From the NCBI GenBank assembly GCA_965552135.1, contig CBEVQY010000008.1, positions 3,662 through 67,661 of the forward strand: a stretch of DNA of 64,000 nt. The letters run 5' to 3'. The position numbers and the translations under genes were made by a program. Origin of the DNA: an uncultured bacterium. GTDB taxonomy: Bacteria > UBP14 > UBA6098 > B30-G16. Positions 19,365-27,827 of this stretch are shown piece by piece (positions within the stretch are counted from its first letter, which is position 1; each line of letters starts with the position of its first letter). The notes below the pieces were generated by a model that worked only from the letters and a program-made list of their open reading frames with translations, ran no database searches and had not been told where the DNA came from.

Positions 19365-20443
19365 AGATTCTCCACAGGCAGTTTTGGGGCAACAGCCTGG
19401 ATGTGTGGATAATAGCCGCGTTGACCGCGGTGGTCGTGATCGTGTTCTTGAGAGGTTTCCTCAGGCTTCTTAAGTCCAAGCTTGGGAGGCTTGCCCCGCA
19501 GACGAGAACCGAGGTAGACGACCTTCTGCTCGAGATACTCTCGCGCGTTAAGTTCGGCGTCATCGTCGTTGTGGGGATCTACGTCGGTTCGCTTGTTCTT
19601 AGGCTTCCCCCGCTCGTTTCGGCTGTTGTGACGAGGGTTGCGGTGGTCGTTTTGCTTCTGCAGTTCGCCCTCTGCGGGAACGGGGTTATAGCCTTTTTCA
19701 TCGAGCGCTACGTCAAGCGCAAGGTCGAGGAGGACGCATCGGTCGCCACCACGTTTGCCGCGGTGGCGTTTATGAGCAAGCTCGTTTTGTGGTCGGTGGT
19801 TTTGCTCCTTCTTCTGGAGAACCTCGGCGTCGACATATCGGCGCTTGTGGCTGGATTGGGCATTGGCGGAGTCGCCGTCGCTCTGGCGGTGCAGAACATC
19901 CTCGGGGATCTTTTCGCGTCGCTTTCCATCACGATCGACAAACCCTTCGTCATCGGCGACTTCATCGTGGTGGGCGACTACCTCGGAACCGTTGAGCACA
20001 TAGGGCTCAAAACAACAAGGATAAGGAGTCTTTCCGGCGAGCAGATAGTCTTCTCCAACTCCGACCTGCTCAAAAGCCGCATCCGCAACTACAAGAGGAT
20101 GTTCGAGCGCAGGGTCGTATTCAACATCGGCGTCACCTACCAGACGCCCTACGAGAAGCTCAGGAGGATTCCAGAGATAATCCGCCGGGTCGTTGAGTCT
20201 CAGGATGGGGTTCGCTTCGACAGGGCGCACTTCAAGGAGTTCGGCGACTTCGCCCTGGTCTTCGAGGTCGTGTACTACGTGCTAAACCCCGACTACAAGT
20301 TCTACATGGACGTTCAGCAGGCAATAAACCTCGAGCTTTTCCGCAGGTTCGAGCAGGAGGGCATAGAGTTTGCCTATCCGACGCAGACCGTCTTCGTGGA
20401 GGGGGCGTTGGGAGATAGGCGTCAGGAGGGCGAGAGAGTATGA
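19361..20443 (+). CDS. mscS: Small-conductance mechanosensitive channel
   Basis: AGLGIGGVAVALAVQ, DKPF.IGD.I, GTVEHIGLKTT, FAYPTQ. Confidence 0.93.
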   Translation: MKILHRQFWGNSLDVWIIAALTAVVVIVFLRGFLRLLKSKLGRLAPQTRTEVDDLLLEILSRVKFGVIVVVGIYVGSLVLRLPPLVSAVVTRVAVVVLLLQFALCGNGVIAFFIERYVKRKVEEDASVATTFAAVAFMSKLVLWSVVLLLLLENLGVDISALVAGLGIGGVAVALAVQNILGDLFASLSITIDKPFVIGDFIVVGDYLGTVEHIGLKTTRIRSLSGEQIVFSNSDLLKSRIRNYKRMFERRVVFNIGVTYQTPYEKLRRIPEIIRRVVESQDGVRFDRAHFKEFGDFALVFEVVYYVLNPDYKFYMDVQQAINLELFRRFEQEGIEFAYPTQTVFVEGALGDRRQEGERV

Positions 20444-21930
20444 GTGGGGAGGGTCCGGAGAGGAACAGGCTCGTTATAGTTTCGAACCGTCTTCCGGTTG
20501 TTCTGCATCGCGGCGAGGGTGATCGCTGGGGTATAAAGCCCGGAAGCGGCGGTCTTGTCACGGCGCTTGCGCCGGTTTTGCGCGACAGGGGCGGGCTTTG
20601 GATCGGCTGGCCCGGCGTCTCGAAGGAAGATGCGCCGCAAAACCTCGACAGCCTCCTCGCAACCGCCGTAAAGGACGCAGGATACTCCCTATCGCCCGTC
20701 CTCCTGACCGACAGGGAGATAAAGGGCTACTACTACGGCTTTGCGAACGAGATCCTCTGGCCCCTTTTCCACGACCTCCCGTCGCGATGCAACTTCGACC
20801 CCTCATACTGGCGAAGCTACCTGCAGGTGAACCGCAAGTTCGCCAGGGTGATAGCCGAAAACTCCCGGCGGAACGACTTCATCTGGGTCCACGACTATCA
20901 CCTCATCTGCGTTGCCCAGGAGCTGCGGCGCCTTGGGATAAGCGCGCCCGTGGCGTTCTTCTTGCACATACCATTCCCGCCGCTCGATATATTCCTGAGG
21001 CTCCCCTGGCGCTTCCAGATCCTTCAGGCGCTTCTCCAGTTCGACCTCATAGGCTTCCAGACCATCCGCGACAGACGAAACTTCGTCCACTGCGTGAGGA
21101 AGCTCCTCAAGGACGCGCGCATATACGGCAAGGGTCAGGTCATACTGGGCGAGTTCGGGGGCAAGAAGATAAGGATAGGGGCTTTCCCCATAGGGATAGA
21201 CTTCAACGAGTTTGCCCGCGGTGCGGCGACCAAGGAGGTCGCCGACAGAGCATGGTACACACACGAGGAATACCCCAACCAAACGATAGTTCTGGGCATC
21301 GACCGCCTCGACTACACCAAGGGGATCCCCGAAAGGCTTTTTGCCTTTCGCGCAATGCTTTCCGCACACCCCGAGGTACACGAGAAGGTGTGCTTTATAC
21401 AGGTTGTGGTTCCCAGCAGGGAGGGCGTTCCCGAGTATCAGAGCCTCAAGCAGGAGATCGAGCGCCTCGTAAGCGAGGTAAACGGTCGTTTCGGCAGACC
21501 CGGCTGGATTCCAGTCCACTACTTCTTCCGAAGCCTTGAGAGGACCGAGCTTTTGGCGTACTATCGCACCGCCGAGGTCGCGCTTGTAACGCCCCTCAAG
21601 GACGGGATGAACCTCGTCTCCAAGGAGTACTGCGCCGCAAATCTGGAGGAGAACGGGGTTTTGATACTAAGCGAGTTTGCTGGAGCTGCGGCGCAGCTTA
21701 GGCGCGGGGCGATACTCGTCAACCCGCACGACGTCGAAGGCGTTGCCCAAGCACTGTACGAAGCCATAACGATGCCAAAGCCCCAGCGCAGGGAGCGCAT
21801 GAGGCGCCTGCGCGCTGTGGTCAGAAAACAGGATATATTCTGGTGGGTCGAGTCGTTCCTCCGCGCCGCCTTCGCAAAGGACCTCAAAAGCTTCCCCATT
21901 ATCGAGGACTACATCCCGACGGTGCGATAA
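20440..21930 (+). CDS. otsA: Trehalose-6-phosphate synthase (GT20)
   Basis: VSNRLP, GGLV.AL, WIGWPG, WVHDYHL, FLHIPFP, DRLDYTKG, DGMNLV.KEY, LSEFAGAA. Confidence 0.96.
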   Translation: MSGEGPERNRLVIVSNRLPVVLHRGEGDRWGIKPGSGGLVTALAPVLRDRGGLWIGWPGVSKEDAPQNLDSLLATAVKDAGYSLSPVLLTDREIKGYYYGFANEILWPLFHDLPSRCNFDPSYWRSYLQVNRKFARVIAENSRRNDFIWVHDYHLICVAQELRRLGISAPVAFFLHIPFPPLDIFLRLPWRFQILQALLQFDLIGFQTIRDRRNFVHCVRKLLKDARIYGKGQVILGEFGGKKIRIGAFPIGIDFNEFARGAATKEVADRAWYTHEEYPNQTIVLGIDRLDYTKGIPERLFAFRAMLSAHPEVHEKVCFIQVVVPSREGVPEYQSLKQEIERLVSEVNGRFGRPGWIPVHYFFRSLERTELLAYYRTAEVALVTPLKDGMNLVSKEYCAANLEENGVLILSEFAGAAAQLRRGAILVNPHDVEGVAQALYEAITMPKPQRRERMRRLRAVVRKQDIFWWVESFLRAAFAKDLKSFPIIEDYIPTVR

Positions 21931-21932
21931 CC

Positions 21933-23204
21933 TCAGTAAGGCTTCCCCTCCCGGGCGGTCGTTTCTGCCATCTGCTTTATCCCGTCGGGAACGTAGCCCA
22001 TCTCCCAGAGCTTGTGCCTTATGTGCTCAACAATCTTTGGCGTATCGATTCTGACGGGGCAGAAGTTGACGCATCTTCCGCACAGTGTGCAGGTGAACGC
22101 CATCGGCGCAGCCTTCTCCCACCCGCCGGCGACAAGCGCCGTCCAGGGGATGCCAATCCCGCCCATGTACTTGTGACCCCACCAGCCTGTAACGATCGGA
22201 TAGACGGGGCACTCGTACATGCACGCGCCGCAGCGAACGCACCGCAGAGCCTGGCGCAGAACCGGGTCCTTCGCCATCTCGGTCCTGCCGCAGTCGAGGA
22301 AGATGACGTGGAACTCCTGCGGTCCGTGGGCGCCGTACACCACCGTCTTCTCTATATCGCCCGTCTTGCTGGGACCCGCTATGAGGGAGAGGTAGGTCAT
22401 CGCCTCGTAGCCCGAGTAGCGCGAGACGACCTCCACAAAGCGCATGCCGTCCTTCATCGTGGGCAGGATCTTCTCCATCCCCGCGATGACTATGTGCACG
22501 GGCGGCAGGCTCGTGGAAAGCCTTATGTTGCCCTCGTTCTCGATGAGGAAGACGGTTCCCGTGTCGGCGGTTATGGCGTTTGCGCCGGTTATGCCCACGT
22601 CGGCGGATATGAACTTGTCGCGCAGAAACCTCCTCGCGAACTTCGTGAGCGCCACAGGATCAGTGGGGAGCTCCTCGTCGGCAAGCGGCTGAAATACCTC
22701 CTTGACCTTCTCGCGGGGGACGTTCACCGCCGGCGCGAGGATGTGCATCGGGCGCATCCGCAAAAGCTGTATGATGAACTCGCCCAGATCAGTCTCCCAG
22801 ACCTCGTTCCCCCACTCCCCGAGGGCGTGGTTTACGTCGAGCTCCTCGGATGTTATCGACTTCCCCTTGACGACCACCTTGCCTGTGCCGACTATCTTTC
22901 TTATGATCTCCAGCGCCTCCTGTGGGGTTTTGGCGAGGTATGCGTGTCCGTGGTTTTTCTCGATGCGCTCCATCGTGCGGGCGGTCCAGCCCTCGAGGTC
23001 GGAGATGACCCTGTCCTTTGCCTCAACAAGCTTTTCGACCTCGTCCTTCACGTAGGGGAAGACGGCTATTGCGTTGTCCCTCGCCGCTCTGAACGATGCC
23101 ACGGCGCGGCGAAGCGCGGTCCTTATCGCCTTGTCCTTCGCCGCCTTGTAAACCGCCTTCTTGAACTGACGGAACTCACGGGCGATGTCGATGTTCTCTG
23201 ACAT
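21933..23204 (-). CDS. lutB: Lactate utilization protein B-like (LUD domain + 2 [4Fe-4S])
   Basis: KGKSITSEE, ETDLGEFIIQL, ENEGN, GPSKTGDIE, GAHGP, CVRCGACMYECP, CTLCGRCVNFCP. Confidence 0.88.
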   Translation of the reverse strand: MSENIDIAREFRQFKKAVYKAAKDKAIRTALRRAVASFRAARDNAIAVFPYVKDEVEKLVEAKDRVISDLEGWTARTMERIEKNHGHAYLAKTPQEALEIIRKIVGTGKVVVKGKSITSEELDVNHALGEWGNEVWETDLGEFIIQLLRMRPMHILAPAVNVPREKVKEVFQPLADEELPTDPVALTKFARRFLRDKFISADVGITGANAITADTGTVFLIENEGNIRLSTSLPPVHIVIAGMEKILPTMKDGMRFVEVVSRYSGYEAMTYLSLIAGPSKTGDIEKTVVYGAHGPQEFHVIFLDCGRTEMAKDPVLRQALRCVRCGACMYECPVYPIVTGWWGHKYMGGIGIPWTALVAGGWEKAAPMAFTCTLCGRCVNFCPVRIDTPKIVEHIRHKLWEMGYVPDGIKQMAETTAREGKPY

Positions 23205-23293
23205 AATGATGCCTCCTTTCGGTGTATTGTGTATACGAGTTTTTAGCGCTAACACTTGGCGCGAACGGCAAGGAGCCAGAGTTGCATACGCAT

Positions 23294-23725
23294 TTAGTAA
23301 TCGTACCCCTCACCAATAATGTCCCAGTTATCTCTGAACTTTTCATAATTTTTAGGCTGCAGCCAGTAGCTTTTTTTGTTGTTTTTGATTCTTTCATCGA
23401 TTAAATGGTTGTTTTTCAGTTCGTCGGTTCTTGTGATAAAGATTTCTGACTTTTCGTCTAATATCCCCCTGCAAATAACTATATATTCTGCCAGCAAATT
23501 TTCTAGGTTCGCCCCTAGTGGGACAGGGTCTTTTTTGCTCAGTGATTTTACCTGTATTGTATGTATTCGTTTCGCCTTACCACTGAAGATGACTATGTCT
23601 ACTCCTTTTGTATTTCGCGAGGTAGGTAACACATTCCATCCTCTTTTGGATAATTCATAGCAAACGTAATGAAGCCCGGCATTGCCTACTATTTGATTTG
23701 GCAGTCTCTTTTTGAGCTTACCCAT
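23294..23725 (-). CDS. Small PD-(D/E)XK nuclease-fold protein
   Basis: GNAG..YV.YEL..RGW, GVDI, IQVK; GAGGAGG RBS. Confidence 0.7.
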   Translation of the reverse strand: MGKLKKRLPNQIVGNAGLHYVCYELSKRGWNVLPTSRNTKGVDIVIFSGKAKRIHTIQVKSLSKKDPVPLGANLENLLAEYIVICRGILDEKSEIFITRTDELKNNHLIDERIKNNKKSYWLQPKNYEKFRDNWDIIGEGYDY

Positions 23726-23808
23726 TCTTCCACCTCCTCAATTAAGTGCCGCATAACTTTTGTCAGTATCGGACAGATAAGTACAAATGCCCAGCAGAGT
23801 GATCAAAA

Positions 23809-24156
23809 TTATTTATTACCAAAGTGCTGTAATAGTTTCTCAAACTTCGGCTTGAGAGGCGGAATCTCCTTTTCTATAACTTCCCACACAATCTCTAGAT
23901 CTACACCGTGATATTCGTGAATCAGCTTATCTCTCATTCCCGCGATATATTTCCACGGAATTTCTGGGTGTCTGCTCCTGATTTCTGAGGGAATTTTCTT
24001 CGCTGCCTCACCCATTACCTCTAAGCTTCTGATGACAGCGTTTACAGTTTTTCTGTCTTGCGCAAACTCTTCAAAGGTCATACCCGCAATAAATTCTTCG
24101 ATCTCTTGGATGGATGAAAGAATGTCCAGTAAGTAATCTTTATAGGTTCTCTTCAT
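23809..24156 (-). CDS. hepT: HEPN (DUF86) ribonuclease toxin
   Basis: AVIRSLEVMGEAAK, PEIPW, R-DKLI-H-E-Y (RX4HXY). Confidence 0.92.
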   Translation of the reverse strand: MKRTYKDYLLDILSSIQEIEEFIAGMTFEEFAQDRKTVNAVIRSLEVMGEAAKKIPSEIRSRHPEIPWKYIAGMRDKLIHEYHGVDLEIVWEVIEKEIPPLKPKFEKLLQHFGNK

Positions 24157-24449
24157 ACCATTATAACCTCTTCAAGAATGTGCTTTCCAATGTGTGGTTT
24201 AAGCGCTTTTTTGGATACGAGATCTACCTTCCTGCCTATCAGGTTGCTTAGGTATTCCTCTAGCTCGAGAAATTTGAAAAACCCTATTGGCTTTTCGAAC
24301 TCAACTAATATGTCGACGTCGCTATTTTCTTTCGCTTCTCCCCTCACAAGTGAGCCGAAGATGCCGATCTCTTTGACCCCATATCTTTCCGTAAGCTCTT
24401 CCTTGTGTTTTTCGATGATATTTCTTATTTCCTTGAGCGATTTTTTCAT
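24153..24449 (-). CDS. mntA: Minimal nucleotidyltransferase antitoxin
   Basis: FGSLVRGEAKENSDVD (GSX10DXD), KVDLV; 4-nt overlap with hepT. Confidence 0.92.
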   Translation of the reverse strand: MKKSLKEIRNIIEKHKEELTERYGVKEIGIFGSLVRGEAKENSDVDILVEFEKPIGFFKFLELEEYLSNLIGRKVDLVSKKALKPHIGKHILEEVIMV

Positions 24450-24504
24450 TTTCTATCTTTGTCGCCTGCCAGGATGCCGCGATGGATTTGCAGCACCTCC
24501 CCGG

Positions 24505-24891
24505 TCATCCCGAGGCACATACTTTAAAGTATTTCCCCCAGTTGATCTCCGTCATCTGCAGCACATTTCCGTCGGGGTCCTCGAAAAGCAGGATGCGACT
24601 GCCCCAGGGCGTCTCATCAACTCCTTTGACGATCTTCACGTTGTTCTGTTGCAATCTCTCATAGGCTTTGTCGATATCATCGACCAGGAAGTTTATACAC
24701 GGTTCTCCTTTACGTGGCTTTTCCAGCTCTCCCCAGGTTTTTAAGCCTATTTCGACTCCGCCGCAGTCGAAGCCCGCGTAGTCTTTGAACTCGTACTTCT
24801 TCTGAAGTCCTAAGACGTTTTCGTAAAAGTTTATGGCTTGCCTAAGGTCCCTGACGGTTAAGGTTATGTCCCAGATTCTTCGGATGATCAT
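24505..24891 (-). CDS. VOC/glyoxalase family protein
   Basis: V.DL..AINFY..VLGL, F.VDDID, TPWG, F.DPDGN; start trimmed to MIIRR. Confidence 0.88.
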   Translation of the reverse strand: MIIRRIWDITLTVRDLRQAINFYENVLGLQKKYEFKDYAGFDCGGVEIGLKTWGELEKPRKGEPCINFLVDDIDKAYERLQQNNVKIVKGVDETPWGSRILLFEDPDGNVLQMTEINWGKYFKVCASG

Positions 24892-24925
24892 TGCCCCGCG
24901 CCCTTGGCTTTGTTGTTTTGTTGTT

Positions 24926-25123
24926 TCAGCCATTCGCTGCCTTGCGGACTCTAACCCAGATTGGTATCCGGGGGCCTTTAGCCTTTGCGAGCAATACGGG
25001 TCTATCCTCCATTGCCTCCTGCAAAAGCCCGGTGAGGTCGTAGGTCTCGAGATCCTCGGCGACTTCGGCACCGCCTTCTGAACTGACGCAACCCAAGGGC
25101 AATGCCAATAAGCTTTCTGACAT
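24926..25123 (-). CDS. Small hypothetical protein (65 aa) or gene remnant
   Basis: GAGGTG RBS and upstream promoter; no recognised motif. Confidence 0.35.
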   Translation of the reverse strand: MSESLLALPLGCVSSEGGAEVAEDLETYDLTGLLQEAMEDRPVLLAKAKGPRIPIWVRVRKAANG

Positions 25124-25153
25124 GACGCCACCTCTTTGGGCCTGCAGCTTGAT

Positions 25154-25190
25154 ACATCGCCAAAATAACGAAGTCCGCAGGCGATGTCAA
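25154..25190 (-). promoter_or_regulatory. Sigma70 promoter with overlapping 8-bp inverted repeat
   Basis: TTGACA-17 nt-TATTTT; ACATCGCC (25154-25161) / GGCGATGT (25180-25187). Confidence 0.55.
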
Positions 25191-25237
25191 AGGCTTTTTC
25201 TGCGCCGTTGTTGCGTTGGCACTCGCGCCGCCGTTCG

Positions 25238-26041
25238 TTACCCTCCTGCGTAGAGCCTCACCTCATCGAAGTAAGCTGCTGCCTCGTAGACTGGGTAATT
25301 GGATATGCCGAAATAATATGCTCCGAAGGAGAAGTCATATATCATGGAGTCGGTCCAGGCTGTAAGCGGGAACACCCACTCGTGCTTCTCATCCCCAATA
25401 TATATCCTGAAAATCATTCCGTCTTCGTGTCCGAACTTGCTGAAGTCCGCAACGAGCTCTGCCTTATACCACCTGTTGCAATCGAGGGTGAACCCGCCGT
25501 CGAGGGAATCGTAGTCTATTTGTTCTCCTGTTGGTCCGTAGCCGGTTCCGTATTTGATAAGCCCTTCGCGGTTGAAGCCAACTATGGCGATATACCATTT
25601 ATCGTTGCGGTCGTAGAGGTCGACGTCCAGCCACACGCCCGCATCGACCTTTCCGAACCGTCCCTCGGGAAGGTAGAAATAAAGCGAAATTTTCTTTAGG
25701 GGATTGTCCCAATATGTAAAATCTGGCGCGACCAAAACGCTTCTCGCGTTCCTGCCGGGTTGGAGATTCGTCCACAGTTTTGCGCTTCTTGCGCCCGAGA
25801 AGGAGAGCTCGTCGGTCGTCTGAGCGCTTTGATCAGGCTTTTCTAAATGCCATTCATACTCCGGATGGGCGCTTTGATCCTGCCAGTTTTCCGGAAAATC
25901 GAAAATTTTATCATATTCAAACCCGTCCTCTTTTAGTAGAATCCAGTTCGTGCTCCGTTCGTCCTCGGCGGAAGGCGAACAACCTTCGAACGCAGACAAA
26001 GCAATCAACAATGCCATTAAAGATGTAATTTTGTTCCTCAC
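25238..26041 (-). CDS. Hypothetical lipoprotein, beta-sandwich-like
   Basis: LSAFEG-C lipobox; FSG.RSAKL, NRWYKAEL, YFDEV pattern. Confidence 0.65.
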   Translation of the reverse strand: MRNKITSLMALLIALSAFEGCSPSAEDERSTNWILLKEDGFEYDKIFDFPENWQDQSAHPEYEWHLEKPDQSAQTTDELSFSGARSAKLWTNLQPGRNARSVLVAPDFTYWDNPLKKISLYFYLPEGRFGKVDAGVWLDVDLYDRNDKWYIAIVGFNREGLIKYGTGYGPTGEQIDYDSLDGGFTLDCNRWYKAELVADFSKFGHEDGMIFRIYIGDEKHEWVFPLTAWTDSMIYDFSFGAYYFGISNYPVYEAAAYFDEVRLYAGG

Positions 26042-26844
26042 TTCTCCGCCTCGATCTTCCTTGCGTAAAAATTGTCGAGCCGCACCTCCTGGTTTCCTCT
26101 GTCGTTAAAGCTGACTAATCCTGCGTAGAAATTGAACGCTTTATATCACATATAAGCTGGGTTGTAGTATCCGATCCACACGTTGCCTTCGAAGCTTTTC
26201 TCCTCAATCGATGATTTATATCCGAACGAGAATTTTTCTTTGTCTCCTGTAAGATCGAAGGTTACCCAGAGCTTAAACTAATTGTCGTGTATAAATTTAA
26301 CTTGACCCACCCTTGTCCAACCTTGTGAGTTCGGTACCAGCACAGAGCCATCCCTTGCATCTATTGCTGCGTAGGCAAAATATTGGATAACCCATGAAGG
26401 ATGATATTCCATGCCTATAATAGCCAGTGGCTCTTTGCTATCGGGGACATAAAACCAGGCTCCAGTTTCAAACACACCTTCTTCTACGTCGGACTGCTCG
26501 CGGGCGTAGTGTGCTACGGCGGCGAATAGCTCCTCATATCCTGAGGGAATCTCATATGAAACTATTTGAGCGCACTTTTCGCCTTCGTAGGCTAATTCAT
26601 CTGTGATTCCCACCTCCAACCAGTTTTCTTCCTCAACCCAGCAATCTGCTCGAACAATGCAATCCTCAACGGCTTCCCTTATCCCTTCGGGTGTCGTCTT
26701 TGTGAAGCTTGCTACTTCTTCGAAATCGCAGTTTAGATAATAAACGTATTGGTTAGTCCTTTCGACTTTTGTTTCGCTGGAGCATCCGGCGATGAGAAAT
26801 AGCGCGACCGATGGCAAGACGGCGAAAGTCTCTCCAAATTTCAT
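26038..26844 (-). pseudogene. Lipoprotein paralog interrupted by two in-frame stops
   Basis: GGAGG RBS, LIAG-C lipobox; frame continues past TAG 26278-26280 and TGA 26146-26148 to TGA 26038-26040, which overlaps the next GTG start. Confidence 0.7.
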
Positions 26845-26932
26845 GGTTGCCTCCGTCGCGGTTGTTTGGCGGCAGAGTTGGATGAAGCGCAAGAGCACAC
26901 GCTTAGTCAGTCTAATAAACCAACAGTATTTA

Positions 26933-27295
26933 TCAAGCGGTTCCAGGGAGCGATTGTTTCTTCTTCTTCTCTCCAAGTTGCTTCTTCACAAGATTCAATA
27001 TATTTTTCTCCTTGATTAAATTCTTCACATATTGTGGGTCGGGGAAGCTTATAGCATCGAATATGCACCATACCTGGCATGAGGTGCATCCAACCATACA
27101 CTGGAGTGGTCTTGCCACGACCGCCTTTCTTTTTTTCCAGTCGTAGTCGAAGACGTTTCTTCCGCAACTTGTGACGCACATGCCGCAGCCAGTGCACTTA
27201 CTTTCGTCGACTATAGGATGCCAAGTTATCTCCTCCCTTGGTATGCCTTTCCAGTAGGCGAACTTTGGGTCCAGTTTCGTTTTTGCCTCACGCAT
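26933..27295 (-). CDS. 2x[4Fe-4S] ferredoxin family protein
   Basis: CTGCGMCVTSC and CMVGCTSCQVWC; GGAGG RBS. Confidence 0.88.
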   Translation of the reverse strand: MREAKTKLDPKFAYWKGIPREEITWHPIVDESKCTGCGMCVTSCGRNVFDYDWKKRKAVVARPLQCMVGCTSCQVWCIFDAISFPDPQYVKNLIKEKNILNLVKKQLGEKKKKQSLPGTA

Positions 27296-27337
27296 TTTGT
27301 GCCCTCCAGCATAATCCTATTCTGTCAAATCTGCCGT

Positions 27338-27736
27338 TAGCTTCTCAAATTTCGGCTTGAGGGTGGGATTTCCCTATCTATGCCCTTCAAAATAATCCCC
27401 AGATCCACAATAATCTATAAGTCACACCGTGATATTTGTGAAGCAGTTTATTTCTCATGCCCGCGATGAGTTCTTTGATCTCTTGGATGGATGGATGGAT
27501 GAATTTTTTATAGGTTCGCTCTCCCTGCCTAATCAAGTTACTTAAGTATTCCTCCAGCTCGAGAAAAATCCTATTGGTTTTTCGAACTCAACCAATATGT
27601 CGACGTCGCTACTCTCTCTCGCTTCTCCCCTCACGAGTGAGCCGAAGATGCCGATTTCTTTGACATAATATTTTCCCCTAAGTTCTTCCCTATGTTTCTC
27701 GATAATTCCTTTTATTTCGTTAAATGAGATCTTCAT
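27338..27736 (-). pseudogene. Decayed second mntA-hepT pair
   Basis: 5' mntA intact (FGSLVRGEARESSDVD) then frameshifted; hepT reduced to fragments alignable with 23809-24156. Confidence 0.85.
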
Positions 27737-27827
27737 GTCATGGCTACCTTTGCTGTTTTAGTCATTTCTGTTTTCCAGCGTTATGGCCCAGATGTTATGT
27801 TTTGCAATGATGGTACAGCGCCGTCCG

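Noticed and set aside
24892-25131. 5' extension of the VOC ORF to 208 aa
   Set aside because: VOC fold starts at MIIRR (24891); the extension is not protein-like and overlaps another small ORF
26038-26844. Alternative genetic code
   Set aside because: TAG and TGA both end well-supported genes elsewhere in the window
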